Part shown: in pieces, positions 26,808 to 36,522 of the stretch
Layout of the letters: each line of letters begins with the position of its first letter
Position numbering within the stretch: the first letter of the stretch is position 1
Assembly: GCA_963663275.1 (NCBI GenBank)
Contig: OY760183.1
Location: 2,784,001-2,848,000 of the forward strand
Source of the DNA: Chloroflexota bacterium
Lineage (GTDB): Bacteria > Chloroflexota > UBA11872 > VXOZ01
Length of the DNA stretch: 64,000 nucleotides
Direction of reading: 5' to 3'
Made by a program: the position numbers and the translations under genes
The notes under the pieces: generated by a model
Seen by the model: only the letters and a program-made list of their open reading frames with translations
The model's database searches: none
What the model was told of the DNA's origin: nothing

Positions 26808-27878
26808 TCAGTCCACGCGCGGCACGGTCACCCACGCGCGGCTCTGGGCGGACTCTACCACCGCGTGCAGCACCTCTTGGGTCTTCAGTCCCTCGGTGAA
26901 GGTGGGTTTAATCTCGCGGTCCTCGCGCACGGACTGGACGAAGGTCTCCATCTGCCGCGTCGCGCCGGCCAGCAGTTGCCCGCCGTGGCCTCTATCCACG
27001 GTAGGCGGTTCGCCCGGGATCGGCTCGTTCGTGCCGTCGGGCATGAAGAGGCGCCCCTGGCCGTTCTCGTAGAGAATGCCGCCCTTGCGCCCGTTGATCA
27101 TGAAGTGGCGCCTCCCCACCGGATAGTCGGCGTGCACCGAACCCAGCCGGCTCAGGCCCAGCGTGCCGTGCGCGCCGTTGGCCAGTTGCATGAGCACGAT
27201 CGTATCGTCGTCCAGGTCGTGCGCGTGGGGCGTGCCGTCGTCGGCGAAGACCTGCGGCGTGAAGGTCTTCATATTGGCGCAGACATCGGTGATGTCGCCA
27301 ACGAGGAAGTGCGCCAGGTCGATGTGATGGGAGCCCAGGTCCCCCAGGATGCCGGTGCCCGTGCGCTTGGCGTCGGTGCGCCACGTGAAGCGCGGCTGCG
27401 GCGACCGCACCAACGCCGGGTTGAGGCTCTGCCCGTGCACGTGCACGACCTCTCCAATCACGTCGTCCTCGATGAGCCGGCGGATGTTATTGGCCGCCAT
27501 GTTCCAGCGATTGGAAAAGCCCACCACCGTGCGCAGGTCCGCTTCGCGGGCCGCCTCGTACATCTCGCGGGCTTCTTCCACCGTGACCGCCAGGGGCTTC
27601 TCGCAGAATATGTGCTTACCGGCCCGCGCGGAACGCATAACCAGATCGTGGTGAAAGGCGTCCGGCGCGTCCACCAGCACACCGTCGATCTCACCGACCG
27701 CCAGCAGGTCATCGGGGTCGGTGAAGGCGTGCCGCACACCAAACTTGGCGGCGAAGTCCCGCGCCCCGGCCTCGCGCGGGCCGCAGACCGCGATAAGTTC
27801 CACCCCCTCGATGTGCGCCAGTCCTTCCGCGTGCACGTCGGCAATCATGCCATAGCCAAACACTCCGAATCTCAGCAT
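26808..27878 (-). CDS. Gfo/Idh/MocA oxidoreductase
   Basis: GYGMIA, GKHIFCEKP, GILGDLGSHHID. Confidence 0.9.
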   Translation of the reverse strand: MLRFGVFGYGMIADVHAEGLAHIEGVELIAVCGPREAGARDFAAKFGVRHAFTDPDDLLAVGEIDGVLVDAPDAFHHDLVMRSARAGKHIFCEKPLAVTVEEAREMYEAAREADLRTVVGFSNRWNMAANNIRRLIEDDVIGEVVHVHGQSLNPALVRSPQPRFTWRTDAKRTGTGILGDLGSHHIDLAHFLVGDITDVCANMKTFTPQVFADDGTPHAHDLDDDTIVLMQLANGAHGTLGLSRLGSVHADYPVGRRHFMINGRKGGILYENGQGRLFMPDGTNEPIPGEPPTVDRGHGGQLLAGATRQMETFVQSVREDREIKPTFTEGLKTQEVLHAVVESAQSRAWVTVPRVD

Positions 27879-28090
27879 TTTGCTTGCGCCTTTCAGGAAA
27901 ATCGAGTTCCGCTTTCGTCCTAGTCCCGGCACCGGCGGCGCGCCGCGCAGTGTGAACGGCTGCCGCGCTTCCGCCTTAGTGAAACAGACCCCGCGAAATC
28001 GCGCAACTAGCCCGCGTTATCGTAGCGCCGCATCCGCCGGAGCAGAGTCCGCGCTCTGCTCGGAACACGCGAAGGCCAGGAAGCGCCGCT

Positions 28091-28816
28091 TCACTCATCA
28101 GCGAACGGCGCCAGGGGAATCCCCGCTTGGCTCAGGCCGGTCGTCATTCGCCTCATATTTTCCGCCGCGGTGCGGTCCGGGCTGAAGATGGAAGAACCGG
28201 CCACCAGCACGTCGGCCCCGGCCAGGACTGAGTGCACGGCGGTTTCGGCGTTGATGCCGCCGTCCACCTGAAGCTGGACGCGCAGTTTCGCGTCGTCTAT
28301 CAGGCCGCGGAGCGCGCGGACTTTCTCCAGCATATCCGGCATGAATGACTGGCCGCCCCAGCCGGGCTCCACCGTCATTACCAAAGCCAGATCGATCTCA
28401 GGCAAAAAGGGGGTCAGCGCGTCCACCGGCGTGCCGGGCTTGATTGCCAGACCCACGCGCTTCCCGGCACTGCGGAATGCCTTGATAGTTTCACCCACGT
28501 CCGCGCAGGCTTCAACGTGCACGGTAAAGAGGTCGCCCTCGCTGCTGAGAAACAGCTCGAGCAGGCGCAGCGGCTCCGTAACCATGAGGTGCACGTCGAA
28601 GAGCCGGGACGAAGCCTGCCGCACACTGCGGATGACCGCCGGCCCAAAGCTTAGGTTGGGCACGAAGTGACCGTCCATGACGTCGAAGTGGAGGGAGTGC
28701 GCGCCGGCGGCGTCGGCCGCCGCCACGTCCTCCGCCAGGCGGCCAAAATCGGCGGCCAGCACGGACGGCGCGATGCGCGCGCGGCGCGGATGGCTAGGGG
28801 TTGGCGCACTCGTCAT
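28091..28816 (-). CDS. rpe: Ribulose-phosphate 3-epimerase
   Basis: IAPSVLAADF, HFDVMDGHFVPNL, DVHLMV, MTVEPGWGGQ, VDGGI. Confidence 0.95.
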   Translation of the reverse strand: MTSAPTPSHPRRARIAPSVLAADFGRLAEDVAAADAAGAHSLHFDVMDGHFVPNLSFGPAVIRSVRQASSRLFDVHLMVTEPLRLLELFLSSEGDLFTVHVEACADVGETIKAFRSAGKRVGLAIKPGTPVDALTPFLPEIDLALVMTVEPGWGGQSFMPDMLEKVRALRGLIDDAKLRVQLQVDGGINAETAVHSVLAGADVLVAGSSIFSPDRTAAENMRRMTTGLSQAGIPLAPFADE

Positions 28817-28908
28817 AGCAGGTAGGGTTGGAATCCGCTGCGGCGCGAGAGGACGCAAGAGGCTGCGTCACGCGGCCTTCGTTCAGGCAGACCGCTCACC
28901 GCCGCCGC

Positions 28909-30096
28909 TCAGTCGAGCAACGTCAACGGGTCTCTGAACCGGTTATTGTAGAGCACCTCGAAGTGCAGGTGCGGCCCGGTAGAATAGCCGGTGTTGCCCA
29001 TGGTCGCAATCGTCTCGCCGGCCTTTACGTAGTCGCCTACGGAGACGTAGATGTCGTCCAGATGGTTGTAGGTGGTTACCCAACCGTTGCCGTGGTTGAT
29101 GACGACGCGATAGCCGTAGCCGAGCGCGTCCCAGCCGGAGCCGATCACCTGTCCCGCGTCAGCGGCCACAATCGCGGTGCCGATGCGGTTCCCGATGTCC
29201 AGGCCCGGATGGTAGCCGTGGTAGTACTGCGTAATCGCGCCGTGCGTGGGCCAGCGAAACTCTCCAAAGGCCGCCACCGGCTGCTCGCGCTCGCTGAGTT
29301 GCCCCTGGGTGCTGGGGGTCTTGCGCAACGCTTCCGGCAGCACGCCGTGCGGGATGATCAACTCCATGCCCGGCACCAGGGTTGTGGAGAGGCCGATGCG
29401 GTTATACTCCGCTATCGAGACGGGATTGCTGGCGTACTTCTCCGCTATCTCATGCAATACGTCGCCATCGCCAACGGTATAGATTACGCCGTCTATCGGC
29501 GGCACCCGCAGCGTATCGCCCAGATACAGCAAGTGGTCCGCCGCGATGTCGTTTGCCCAGAGCAGGGTATCCAAAGTGATGCCGGAGCGCGCCGCTATGT
29601 CCACCAGCGTATCGTTGCCCCGCACCAGGTACGCGCGAATCTCATCCCGGGGCCGCAGGACGGCCGTAGTCTCCGACAGGATCGGCCGCACCATCGCGTC
29701 TGGAAAGATCGTCTGCACGGGGCGCACGCGCAGCGCCGCGGCGGTATAGTAGCGCGGCGCGTCGGCCGCGGCGCGAGCAGCCACCTCTCCGGCGGCGAAG
29801 GGAGCGACCCACAGCGCGACCGTGCCCAGCGTGAGCACAATCACGTGGCCGGAAGCGCGTTGCGCTACGCCCCGCGCCTGCAATGCGAGAACGTCGCTGC
29901 GCCACGCCTGCGCGGCGAGGCGCGGAAGACGCACGGCGTAGGCGGCGCAAAAGAAAATCAAGCCCAGAACTTGCAGCGGCCACGAACCCCGCCGCACTGG
30001 CGCGGCGTCTGCCGTTTGGCCGCCGGCTGCATTCGCCGCAACCCCCGCATCCGCGTAAATTGCGGCAGCCTCTTCCTGAAGTACGTCTACTGCCAT
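28909..30096 (-). CDS. LysM-domain M23 family peptidoglycan endopeptidase
   Basis: Two LysM repeats (YLVRGNDTL, YTVGDGDVL), HPGLDI, YNHL, STGPHLHFE. Confidence 0.9.
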   Translation of the reverse strand: MAVDVLQEEAAAIYADAGVAANAAGGQTADAAPVRRGSWPLQVLGLIFFCAAYAVRLPRLAAQAWRSDVLALQARGVAQRASGHVIVLTLGTVALWVAPFAAGEVAARAAADAPRYYTAAALRVRPVQTIFPDAMVRPILSETTAVLRPRDEIRAYLVRGNDTLVDIAARSGITLDTLLWANDIAADHLLYLGDTLRVPPIDGVIYTVGDGDVLHEIAEKYASNPVSIAEYNRIGLSTTLVPGMELIIPHGVLPEALRKTPSTQGQLSEREQPVAAFGEFRWPTHGAITQYYHGYHPGLDIGNRIGTAIVAADAGQVIGSGWDALGYGYRVVINHGNGWVTTYNHLDDIYVSVGDYVKAGETIATMGNTGYSTGPHLHFEVLYNNRFRDPLTLLD

Positions 30097-30220
30097 CCGT
30101 CAGTGTCCTCGCACACGTGTCCTTGGCGCCGTGAGGCTTGGCAGACCTCCGGTCGCGGCTACACCCGAAGCGCACTTCCGCGAGCGCCTCGTCTCTCGCA
30201 ACCGGAAGAGCCTAGCTTGC

Positions 30221-30249
30221 ACGGTATCAGGTGAATCCACAGGTGTCAA
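30221..30249 (-). promoter_or_regulatory. sigma70-type promoter for the M23 gene, giving a ~115-nt leader
   Basis: TTGACA-N17-TACCGT on the minus strand. Confidence 0.55.
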
Positions 30250-30391
30250 ACCGGCCGCGGCGCGCACCGGCGCGCCCGCGCCCGCTCGCCCCGCGCTTCG
30301 CGTCCGTTGTGGGCCGGACGGGCATAATGCATAATTGACGTGAACGGAGCGCACCGGCGAACACGAGTCACCACACCGTGATGAGGGAGCG

Positions 30392-30691
30392 ATGAGCATG
30401 GTCGAACACTTAGTGCTGTTCAAAGTCAAGCCCGGCACCGGCGCGGAAGCGATACAGGCAATGCAGGACGCCCTGCTTGGCCTGCGGGACGCTATTCCCG
30501 GCATTCTGGAGATCACCGTGGGCGCCAATTTCAGCGAGCGCAGCCAGGGGTTCACCCACGGTCTGCTGGTGCGTTTCCAAGACCGCGCCGCGCTGGATAC
30601 GTACATTCCCCATCCCGCCCACGAGGAAACGCGCAACACGTACATCCTGCCGATTGTCGATGACGTGCTCGTCGTAGACTACGAGCGGTAG
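30392..30691 (+). CDS. Dabb family stress-responsive A/B barrel protein
   Basis: HLVLFKVK, IPGI...GANFS, GFTHGL...F, Y..HPAH, VVDY. Confidence 0.88.
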   Translation: MSMVEHLVLFKVKPGTGAEAIQAMQDALLGLRDAIPGILEITVGANFSERSQGFTHGLLVRFQDRAALDTYIPHPAHEETRNTYILPIVDDVLVVDYER

Positions 30692-30834
30692 AGGCAGCGC
30701 CTTACGGTACCAGGCGCCCGGCCTCGCCCCCAGGGGACTTTTCCATTACCCCTTCCCCATCGAGGGGGAAGGTTGGGATGGGGGTGAGAAAAACTAACTC
30801 ACTTTATCTCTAGTTGCAAGAGCGCCTTGGATTC

Positions 30835-31868
30835 CCTAGACTCACAAACGAAGTGCAACACTTTGCTAAGGTGTTGCCATGGGAAAACAATACACACAAC
30901 TTACCATTGAAGAGCGGTGTGAAATTGCCCGACTTCTCACCGCGAGAACCTCGCACCGGCAAATCGCTGCAACTCTGGGTCGCGCGCCATCGACGATTTC
31001 GCGGGAGGTGAAACGAAATGGATCGCAATCGGCAGGCTATGAGCCAAAGTATGCCGATGATCAGGCGTGGGCGCGGTGCTGGCGCGGCAGCAAGCTGGAG
31101 CGGGATGCCGAGTTGCGGGAGGTGGTGTTGGGATACTTGCGGGATTGTTGGTCGCCGGAGCAGGTATCCGGACGTTTGGCGCGGGAGAACGGCGCGCCGG
31201 TCGTCTCTCACGAGACCATCTATCGCTTCATCTACGGGCAGCAGGCGCGCACGAAGGACGGTAACTGGCGGCATTACCTGCCGCGCGCCAAGTCCAAACG
31301 GGGCTGGCGCGGGCGAAAGGGCGGCAGTCCGGCCTCGTTCATTGCCCAGCGCCGACCGCTGGCAGAACGGCCCCAGGCGGCGGCAGACCGCCAAACGCCC
31401 GGCCACTGGGAGGCGGACCTGATGCTCTTTCGCACCTACGGTCAAGCAGTCTTGACCCTGCACGAGCGCCACTCGCGCCTGTTGCTGGCCGCGCGACCGC
31501 CCGGCAAGGCGGCAGCGCCGATCGCCACTATCCTGCACGACCTGTTCGCCGCGCTGCCCCCAGCGTGCAGCCAGACCGTCACGTTCGACAATGGCACGGA
31601 GTTCGCACAGCATTACCGCCTCCATGACTTGGGCATCCAAACCTTCTTCTGCGATACCCACTCGCCCTGGCAGAAAGGGGGCATCGAGAACGCCATCGGC
31701 CGCCTGCGGCGCCGGCTGCCGCGCAAGACCGACCTGGCACAGGTGAGCCAACAACGCTTTGCGCAACTGGTCCACGCCTACAACCACACCCCGCGCAAGT
31801 GTCTTGACTTCCAAACGCCAGCCGAAGTATTCATCAACCAGGTGTTGCACTTGAAATGTGAATCCACC
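30835..31868 (+). mobile_element. IS30-family insertion sequence
   Basis: Imperfect TIRs (TAGACTCACAAACGAAGTGCAACAC vs TGGATTCACATTTCAAGTGCAACAC); 3-bp TSD TTC at 30832-30834 and 31869-31871. Confidence 0.88.
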
Positions 31869-31889
31869 TTCCGGCTTTCACCGGAATGA
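30879..31889 (+). CDS. IS30 family DDE transposase
   Basis: HTH (LGRAPSTISREVKRN), WSPEQVSGR, VSHETIY, GHWEAD, TFDNGTEF, SPWQKGGIEN, NHTPRKCL. Confidence 0.96.
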   Translation: MGKQYTQLTIEERCEIARLLTARTSHRQIAATLGRAPSTISREVKRNGSQSAGYEPKYADDQAWARCWRGSKLERDAELREVVLGYLRDCWSPEQVSGRLARENGAPVVSHETIYRFIYGQQARTKDGNWRHYLPRAKSKRGWRGRKGGSPASFIAQRRPLAERPQAAADRQTPGHWEADLMLFRTYGQAVLTLHERHSRLLLAARPPGKAAAPIATILHDLFAALPPACSQTVTFDNGTEFAQHYRLHDLGIQTFFCDTHSPWQKGGIENAIGRLRRRLPRKTDLAQVSQQRFAQLVHAYNHTPRKCLDFQTPAEVFINQVLHLKCESTFRLSPE

Positions 31890-31949
31890 CGGAGTTTTGC
31901 AAAGGTCACCCCAGGCGGAAAGCGCGCCCGGGATTGCGCCGCGCGCCGC

Positions 31950-33047
31950 CTAGCTTCCAGGATCAGCGTGCACGGGCCACGCGCCCAGCACGCGGACGAG
32001 CACGCACGTTTTGGCGAGTTCTTCCAGCGCCGTGCGCACCGGTTCCCGCGCGGGATGCCCGATGAGGATCGCGAAGAAGTAGTAGTCCCACGTACGCCGG
32101 CGCGAGGGCCGCGAGAGAATGAACGTCAGATTGACGTTGTGCCTGGCGAATATGCCCAAGGCGTTGTAAAGCGAACCGGGCCGGTCTACCACGCTGTAGA
32201 GCAGCGCGGTGCGGTCGTCATCCGTGGCCGCCGGCAACTGCTTGCCGAGAATGGCAAAGCGCGTCACGTTGTCTACGCGGTCCTGAATGCTGCGCGCGAC
32301 GATCGGCACGTTTTCCGCCTGCGCCGCCAGTTCGCTGGCTATCGCCGCGGCCCCGGTCTCGTGCTTGATCTTCGCCACCGCCGCCGCCGTGCTCACGATT
32401 TCCACCGTCTCGGCCTGCGGCAATTCCTCTGCCAGCCAGCGCCGGCACTGGGCGAGCGCCTGCGGATGCGAGTAGACGACGCGGATGGCGTCGCGGGACG
32501 AGTTGGCAATGAGATTCTGCGCAATGGGCAGCACGATTTCGCCGCATATCTGGATCGGGGAGTCCAGGTACTCCACGAAGGAATCCAGGGTAGGGGTCAC
32601 GCCCCCTTCGGTGGAGTTTTCCAGCGGGACGACGCCGTAGTCCGCCACGTCACTTTCCACAAGCTGGAAGACGTGGTCCACCGAAGCCGCCGCCTGCAAG
32701 GTTGTGGAACTGCCGAATGCTTGAATTCCCGCCTGATGCGTGAAAGTATTCTCCGGCCCCAGGTAGGCCACGGTGAGCGGCTTTTCCAACGCCCGGCAGG
32801 CGGAGAGCACCTCGCCGTAGATCGTCTTCAGCGCCGCCGCGTCCAGCGGGCCGTCATCGGCAGCCGCCGCTACGTGCCCCAGCACCTGGCGCTCGCGCTC
32901 CGGCACGTAGATCGGCGTGTCTGCGCCCTTCTCTTTGCCGACCTGCACGGCGAGCGCCGCCCGGCGTTGCAGGCGTTCCACGATCTCCCGGTCGACGGCG
33001 TCTATCTGCCGGCGCAGTTCGGCCAGGGCGCTTTCCCGCTTAGGCAT
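31950..33047 (-). CDS. pheA: Chorismate mutase/prephenate dehydratase (P-protein)
   Basis: LRRQIDAVD CM domain, YLGP, ENSTEG, SHPQALAQC, NVTRF, ACT domain SRPS. Confidence 0.94.
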   Translation of the reverse strand: MPKRESALAELRRQIDAVDREIVERLQRRAALAVQVGKEKGADTPIYVPERERQVLGHVAAAADDGPLDAAALKTIYGEVLSACRALEKPLTVAYLGPENTFTHQAGIQAFGSSTTLQAAASVDHVFQLVESDVADYGVVPLENSTEGGVTPTLDSFVEYLDSPIQICGEIVLPIAQNLIANSSRDAIRVVYSHPQALAQCRRWLAEELPQAETVEIVSTAAAVAKIKHETGAAAIASELAAQAENVPIVARSIQDRVDNVTRFAILGKQLPAATDDDRTALLYSVVDRPGSLYNALGIFARHNVNLTFILSRPSRRRTWDYYFFAILIGHPAREPVRTALEELAKTCVLVRVLGAWPVHADPGS

Positions 33048-33228
33048 TGAGCCTACCCGTCAATTCCACGACAATCGCGTCTCCCTGAGCGTGTCGGGCG
33101 CGCGGCTCCAAGAGCGTATGCGGCCGCCCGAAGTGTACTGCGGCAGTATTGTAGCAGGTTGCCTGCCGCCGCGCTATGGGACACGTCCGTCGCGCAACGC
33201 GCCCGGCGCGCGTACTCTGTGCGCCTTC

Positions 33229-33257
33229 TTGACGACCCACGCGGCATTTCCTAGAAT
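33229..33257 (+). promoter_or_regulatory. sigma70-type promoter upstream of ferredoxin
   Basis: TTGACG-N17-TAGAAT. Confidence 0.55.
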
Positions 33258-33416
33258 TAAGGTACAATCAAGGCATGAGGACTTGCCCATTTGCCGGCAG
33301 ACCGCGCAGACCGATGCTGCTCGAGCGCGGCGGCAAGAGATTGAAGCGGCAAGCGCGGCCATGATTGCGCAATGGGGACAGGCTAGCGGCATGCATCAAG
33401 GAGTGAACATACCGCA

Positions 33417-33662
33417 ATGACGTACGTGATTGCAGAACCCTGTATTGACATCAAAGACAACTCGTGCGTGGATGTCTGTCCGGTAGATTGCATCCACTCC
33501 GACGACGATTCGCCGCAGTTCTACATCGATCCGGACGAGTGCATCGAGTGCGGCGCGTGCGAGCCGGTCTGCCCGGTTACGGCGATCTTCTTCGAGGACG
33601 ACCTGCCGGACGAGTGGCGGAGCTACATCGAACTCAACGCCGACTTCTTTGCCGAGGAATAA
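33417..33662 (+). CDS. 7Fe ferredoxin (FdxA type)
   Basis: MTYVIAEPC...CVDVCPVDCI...CIECGACEPVCP; RBS AAGGAG. Confidence 0.93.
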   Translation: MTYVIAEPCIDIKDNSCVDVCPVDCIHSDDDSPQFYIDPDECIECGACEPVCPVTAIFFEDDLPDEWRSYIELNADFFAEE

Positions 33663-33802
33663 GCGCGGCGCACACCCTGCCGCCGTATTCGCCGTGAGGT
33701 AAAGTAAGGGGCGTCGGTTGGCCCCGCTCTCGGCGGATTGCCCGCGCTTGGCAGGGCCGGTCTGTCGCTTCCCCCGGTGGGTTGCCTGCCCCCGGCGGCC
33801 CG

Positions 33803-35047
33803 CTAGACGGCCTGCGCGGCCGCAAACGCCGCCGCGAACGCCGCGGAGCCATCGTCGTTCTCGATCTCCATGCTCGACCCCTGCACGTAGCGGGGGTCGT
33901 TGCCCAGGTCGAATCCGCGCTGGAGATCGTGCTCGTAGCCCGCGTACACGCTGGCGGCGCCCTCACCAAATTGCTCCGGCCAGCGGATATTGAAGATCTG
34001 GCGCGGGCGCGCCGGCTTCTCATCCACCCGGTAGCGGCTGACCGCCTCTTCGTCCAGGCTCACTCCGAGCCCGGGGCCCTCAGCCACCGGCATGTAGCCG
34101 CGATCGACGGTGAACGATTCCGCCAGCAGGTCGTGTTCCCAGATGTGCATGCACGAAATCGCCGGCCACTGCGCGTGCGAGAGCACCGCGCCTAGCTGCG
34201 CCGACCACGCCGTGGTCAGGCCCAGGCCCACCAGTTGCAGCCAGAAGGGCTTGTGGGCGACCGCCGCGATCGTGCCCGCCTCCTTCACACTCCCCGCGCT
34301 GCCGCCGACCACGAAACCGTCGCACACGTCGTCGTGCAACGCCGTCATGATGGGCGGCGTGCCGTAGTGCATGGCCAGCGGACGCGGCACGTGCCGCCGG
34401 ATCTGCTGGTTGCCCGCCACGTCGCCTTGCGGAATCGGCGTCTCGATTATCGATAGGTTGGCATAGCACAGCAGTTCTTGCAGCAGCGGAATCGCCGTGC
34501 CCGCGTCCACCAACATGCTGTTGAAGTCCACGTCCAGGTGCACGGTGGGCGGAATTTCCGCCGCTACGGCTTGCAGTTGGGCGTGAATGTCGCGCCAGGG
34601 ACGGCCCTTGAGCTTGATCGAGGTGTAGCCACGGTCGAGCGCCTTCCGCGCTTGCGCCGCCCATTCCTCCGGCGCCATGTCCAGGCACCACCACGAGATG
34701 GGAACCCGCGACCGCACCTGCTCGCCCAGCAGCCGGTGCGCCGGCACACCGGCGATCTTGCCCGCCAGATCCCAGAGCGCCATTTCGGGACCCGCGCCGA
34801 GCGTACCGTCCCACAAGTGTTGGTGCGGGTCCGTGCCGACCAACCGCTCTTTGAGATTGTCCGGCGGCCGGCCCCAGGTGTACTCCACAATCGTCTCGCC
34901 AATGCCGCTCAGGCCGGCGTCGGTGTGAATGCGGCAGACCTCCACCAAGCGCCAGTCCCCGCTGAGGCGCGTCATGTGCAGGTCGTGATGCTCGGTAAAC
35001 GGCACCATGAGCAGGATTTGTTCGACGTCGGTAATGGTTACGGCCAT
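33803..35047 (-). CDS. Mandelate racemase/muconate lactonizing enzyme family (enolase superfamily)
   Basis: TDAGLSGIGE, ALWDLAGK, KLK, DFN, ETP, GPGLGV; RBS AGGAGG. Confidence 0.85.
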   Translation of the reverse strand: MAVTITDVEQILLMVPFTEHHDLHMTRLSGDWRLVEVCRIHTDAGLSGIGETIVEYTWGRPPDNLKERLVGTDPHQHLWDGTLGAGPEMALWDLAGKIAGVPAHRLLGEQVRSRVPISWWCLDMAPEEWAAQARKALDRGYTSIKLKGRPWRDIHAQLQAVAAEIPPTVHLDVDFNSMLVDAGTAIPLLQELLCYANLSIIETPIPQGDVAGNQQIRRHVPRPLAMHYGTPPIMTALHDDVCDGFVVGGSAGSVKEAGTIAAVAHKPFWLQLVGLGLTTAWSAQLGAVLSHAQWPAISCMHIWEHDLLAESFTVDRGYMPVAEGPGLGVSLDEEAVSRYRVDEKPARPRQIFNIRWPEQFGEGAASVYAGYEHDLQRGFDLGNDPRYVQGSSMEIENDDGSAAFAAAFAAAQAV

Positions 35048-35431
35048 GGCATTCCTCCTGTGATGTGCATGCAATTTGGCAAGAACACTCGGAGTATAGT
35101 AGTCATTTCTCACACGCGCGCTCTGCGCAAACGTGCCCTTCGACAGGCTCAGGGCGAACGGGAGACGGGCTTAGCCTCTGCCCTGTGCTCGATTCAGCGT
35201 ATCGGCGCCCGACTCGGCGGCAAACAGAGAAGCGACAACTCCGTTCGTGCTGAGCCTGTCGAAGCACTCTTGCTGAGCTTGCCTGTCCTGAGCGCGTCAA
35301 TGGGACGATTCACAGCTTGGAACGTTGAACCGCACTCTTCGATGTCCCTAATCTCCGGAGAGTTACTCACTCTCAGCCCTCGATTGCGCCCACGCGCGCG
35401 GCCTGTCTCAGCGCGCTTGCTACAGATTTCG

Positions 35432-35950
35432 CTACCCGTCGTCCCCGGTGTCCGCGTCCGATTCCCGCTTGGGATAGTCGAAGTCCAGCAGCGCGCCGCA
35501 CTGCCGGTTCACCTCCTGCCAGGAAGACACGGCCAGTTGCAGGCGCACGACCCCGCCGGGGGGCATTTCGTCGCTAAATTCCCGGCAGAGCAAACTGCTG
35601 AGTTCACTGAAGCCGGGATTATGGCCCACCAAGGCCGCGTGAGCGAGGGTATCGTCCAACTCCCTGACTATGGCGAGCAATCGGTCCGACGCGGCGTGAT
35701 AGATGCCCTCTTCCATCACGATCCGGGACTTTGGGTACCCAATCTGCTTTGCCAGGCGTCTGGTGGTGGCGCGGGCGCGTTTGGCGGGACTGGAAACCAG
35801 CGCGTCGGGCATGAACTCTATTGCCGCCAGGCGCTCCCCCATGCGCACCGCGTCGCGTTTGCCCCGCCGGTTCAAGGGGCGGTCGAAGTCGTCCGTGCCG
35901 GGCTCTTTCCAGCTAGACTTCGCGTGCCGGATCAGTGTCAGCAGTTTCAT
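35432..35950 (-). CDS. SixA-like histidine phosphatase
   Basis: RHAKSSW, DFDRPLN.RG, SPAKRA, VGHNP. Confidence 0.88.
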   Translation of the reverse strand: MKLLTLIRHAKSSWKEPGTDDFDRPLNRRGKRDAVRMGERLAAIEFMPDALVSSPAKRARATTRRLAKQIGYPKSRIVMEEGIYHAASDRLLAIVRELDDTLAHAALVGHNPGFSELSSLLCREFSDEMPPGGVVRLQLAVSSWQEVNRQCGALLDFDYPKRESDADTGDDG

Positions 35951-35960
35951 CGTACACCCC

Positions 35961-36494
35961 TCACAGCAGCAATTCGAAGATTTGCTTGCATTTGTCGTCC
36001 ATCGCCTCGAAATCGGGGATGTGAAAGCGATTCCCGTCAATGTCTATGATGAGTATCTCATTTTCCGAGGGCAAGAGCACGGAGTCAAGCTCCCAGCGCA
36101 TCACGAACTCGCGCACGCCGTGATCCGTCTCCACAGTCCAGAACGACGTGCGCCACTCGTTGCGGTATTCGCGCACCGCGAGAATGCGGTAGACGCGATA
36201 GTACGCCTCAAGCGACGCGAAGAGAATGTCCCGCGATTCTTCGTCAAGCTCCGCCGGATTCTCAATCAGGCAGAACTCTTTGTCTTTGGCGTCGAGGATT
36301 GAGACGTACTGCTTGAGCGAGAGCGGGAACGTCCACACCGCTTTGCCGCGCAGCAGGCAGCGGTCCTCCGCTACCTCCACCCGCATCTCGCCGCCCGGTC
36401 CGCGCAGCAGGCGAATGCGCGCGGGGTCCGTCGTGCCCGCGCCGATGTCGGCTACTCGCAGCAGTTCATCTTCAGCGACCGCAAGGTCTTCCAC
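35961..36494 (-). CDS. DUF1854 domain protein
   Basis: FPLS...YVSI.D, WTVETDHG.REF, DIDGNRF.I; follows an ABC exporter, as is typical for this family. Confidence 0.75.
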   Translation of the reverse strand: MEDLAVAEDELLRVADIGAGTTDPARIRLLRGPGGEMRVEVAEDRCLLRGKAVWTFPLSLKQYVSILDAKDKEFCLIENPAELDEESRDILFASLEAYYRVYRILAVREYRNEWRTSFWTVETDHGVREFVMRWELDSVLLPSENEILIIDIDGNRFHIPDFEAMDDKCKQIFELLL

Positions 36495-36522
36495 GGTGTA
36501 TGCCTAACTCCCCGGCTACTTG

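Larger units (their letters stand above)
30735..31908. mobile_element. MITE-like family B copy 2, interrupted by IS30
   Basis: Left part matches 7548-7646 (CCCCTTCCCCATCGAGGGGGAAGGTTGGGATGGGG), right part matches 7646-7685 (...GGAATGACGGAGTTTTGCAAAGGTC); CCCCAGG direct repeat on both sides. Confidence 0.6.

Noticed and set aside
30097-30233. SRP (4.5S) or 6S RNA
   Set aside because: A rod with a GGAA loop is present but it lacks the conserved SRP CAGG/AGCA internal loop and is too short, with no central bubble, for 6S; kept only as a candidate leader
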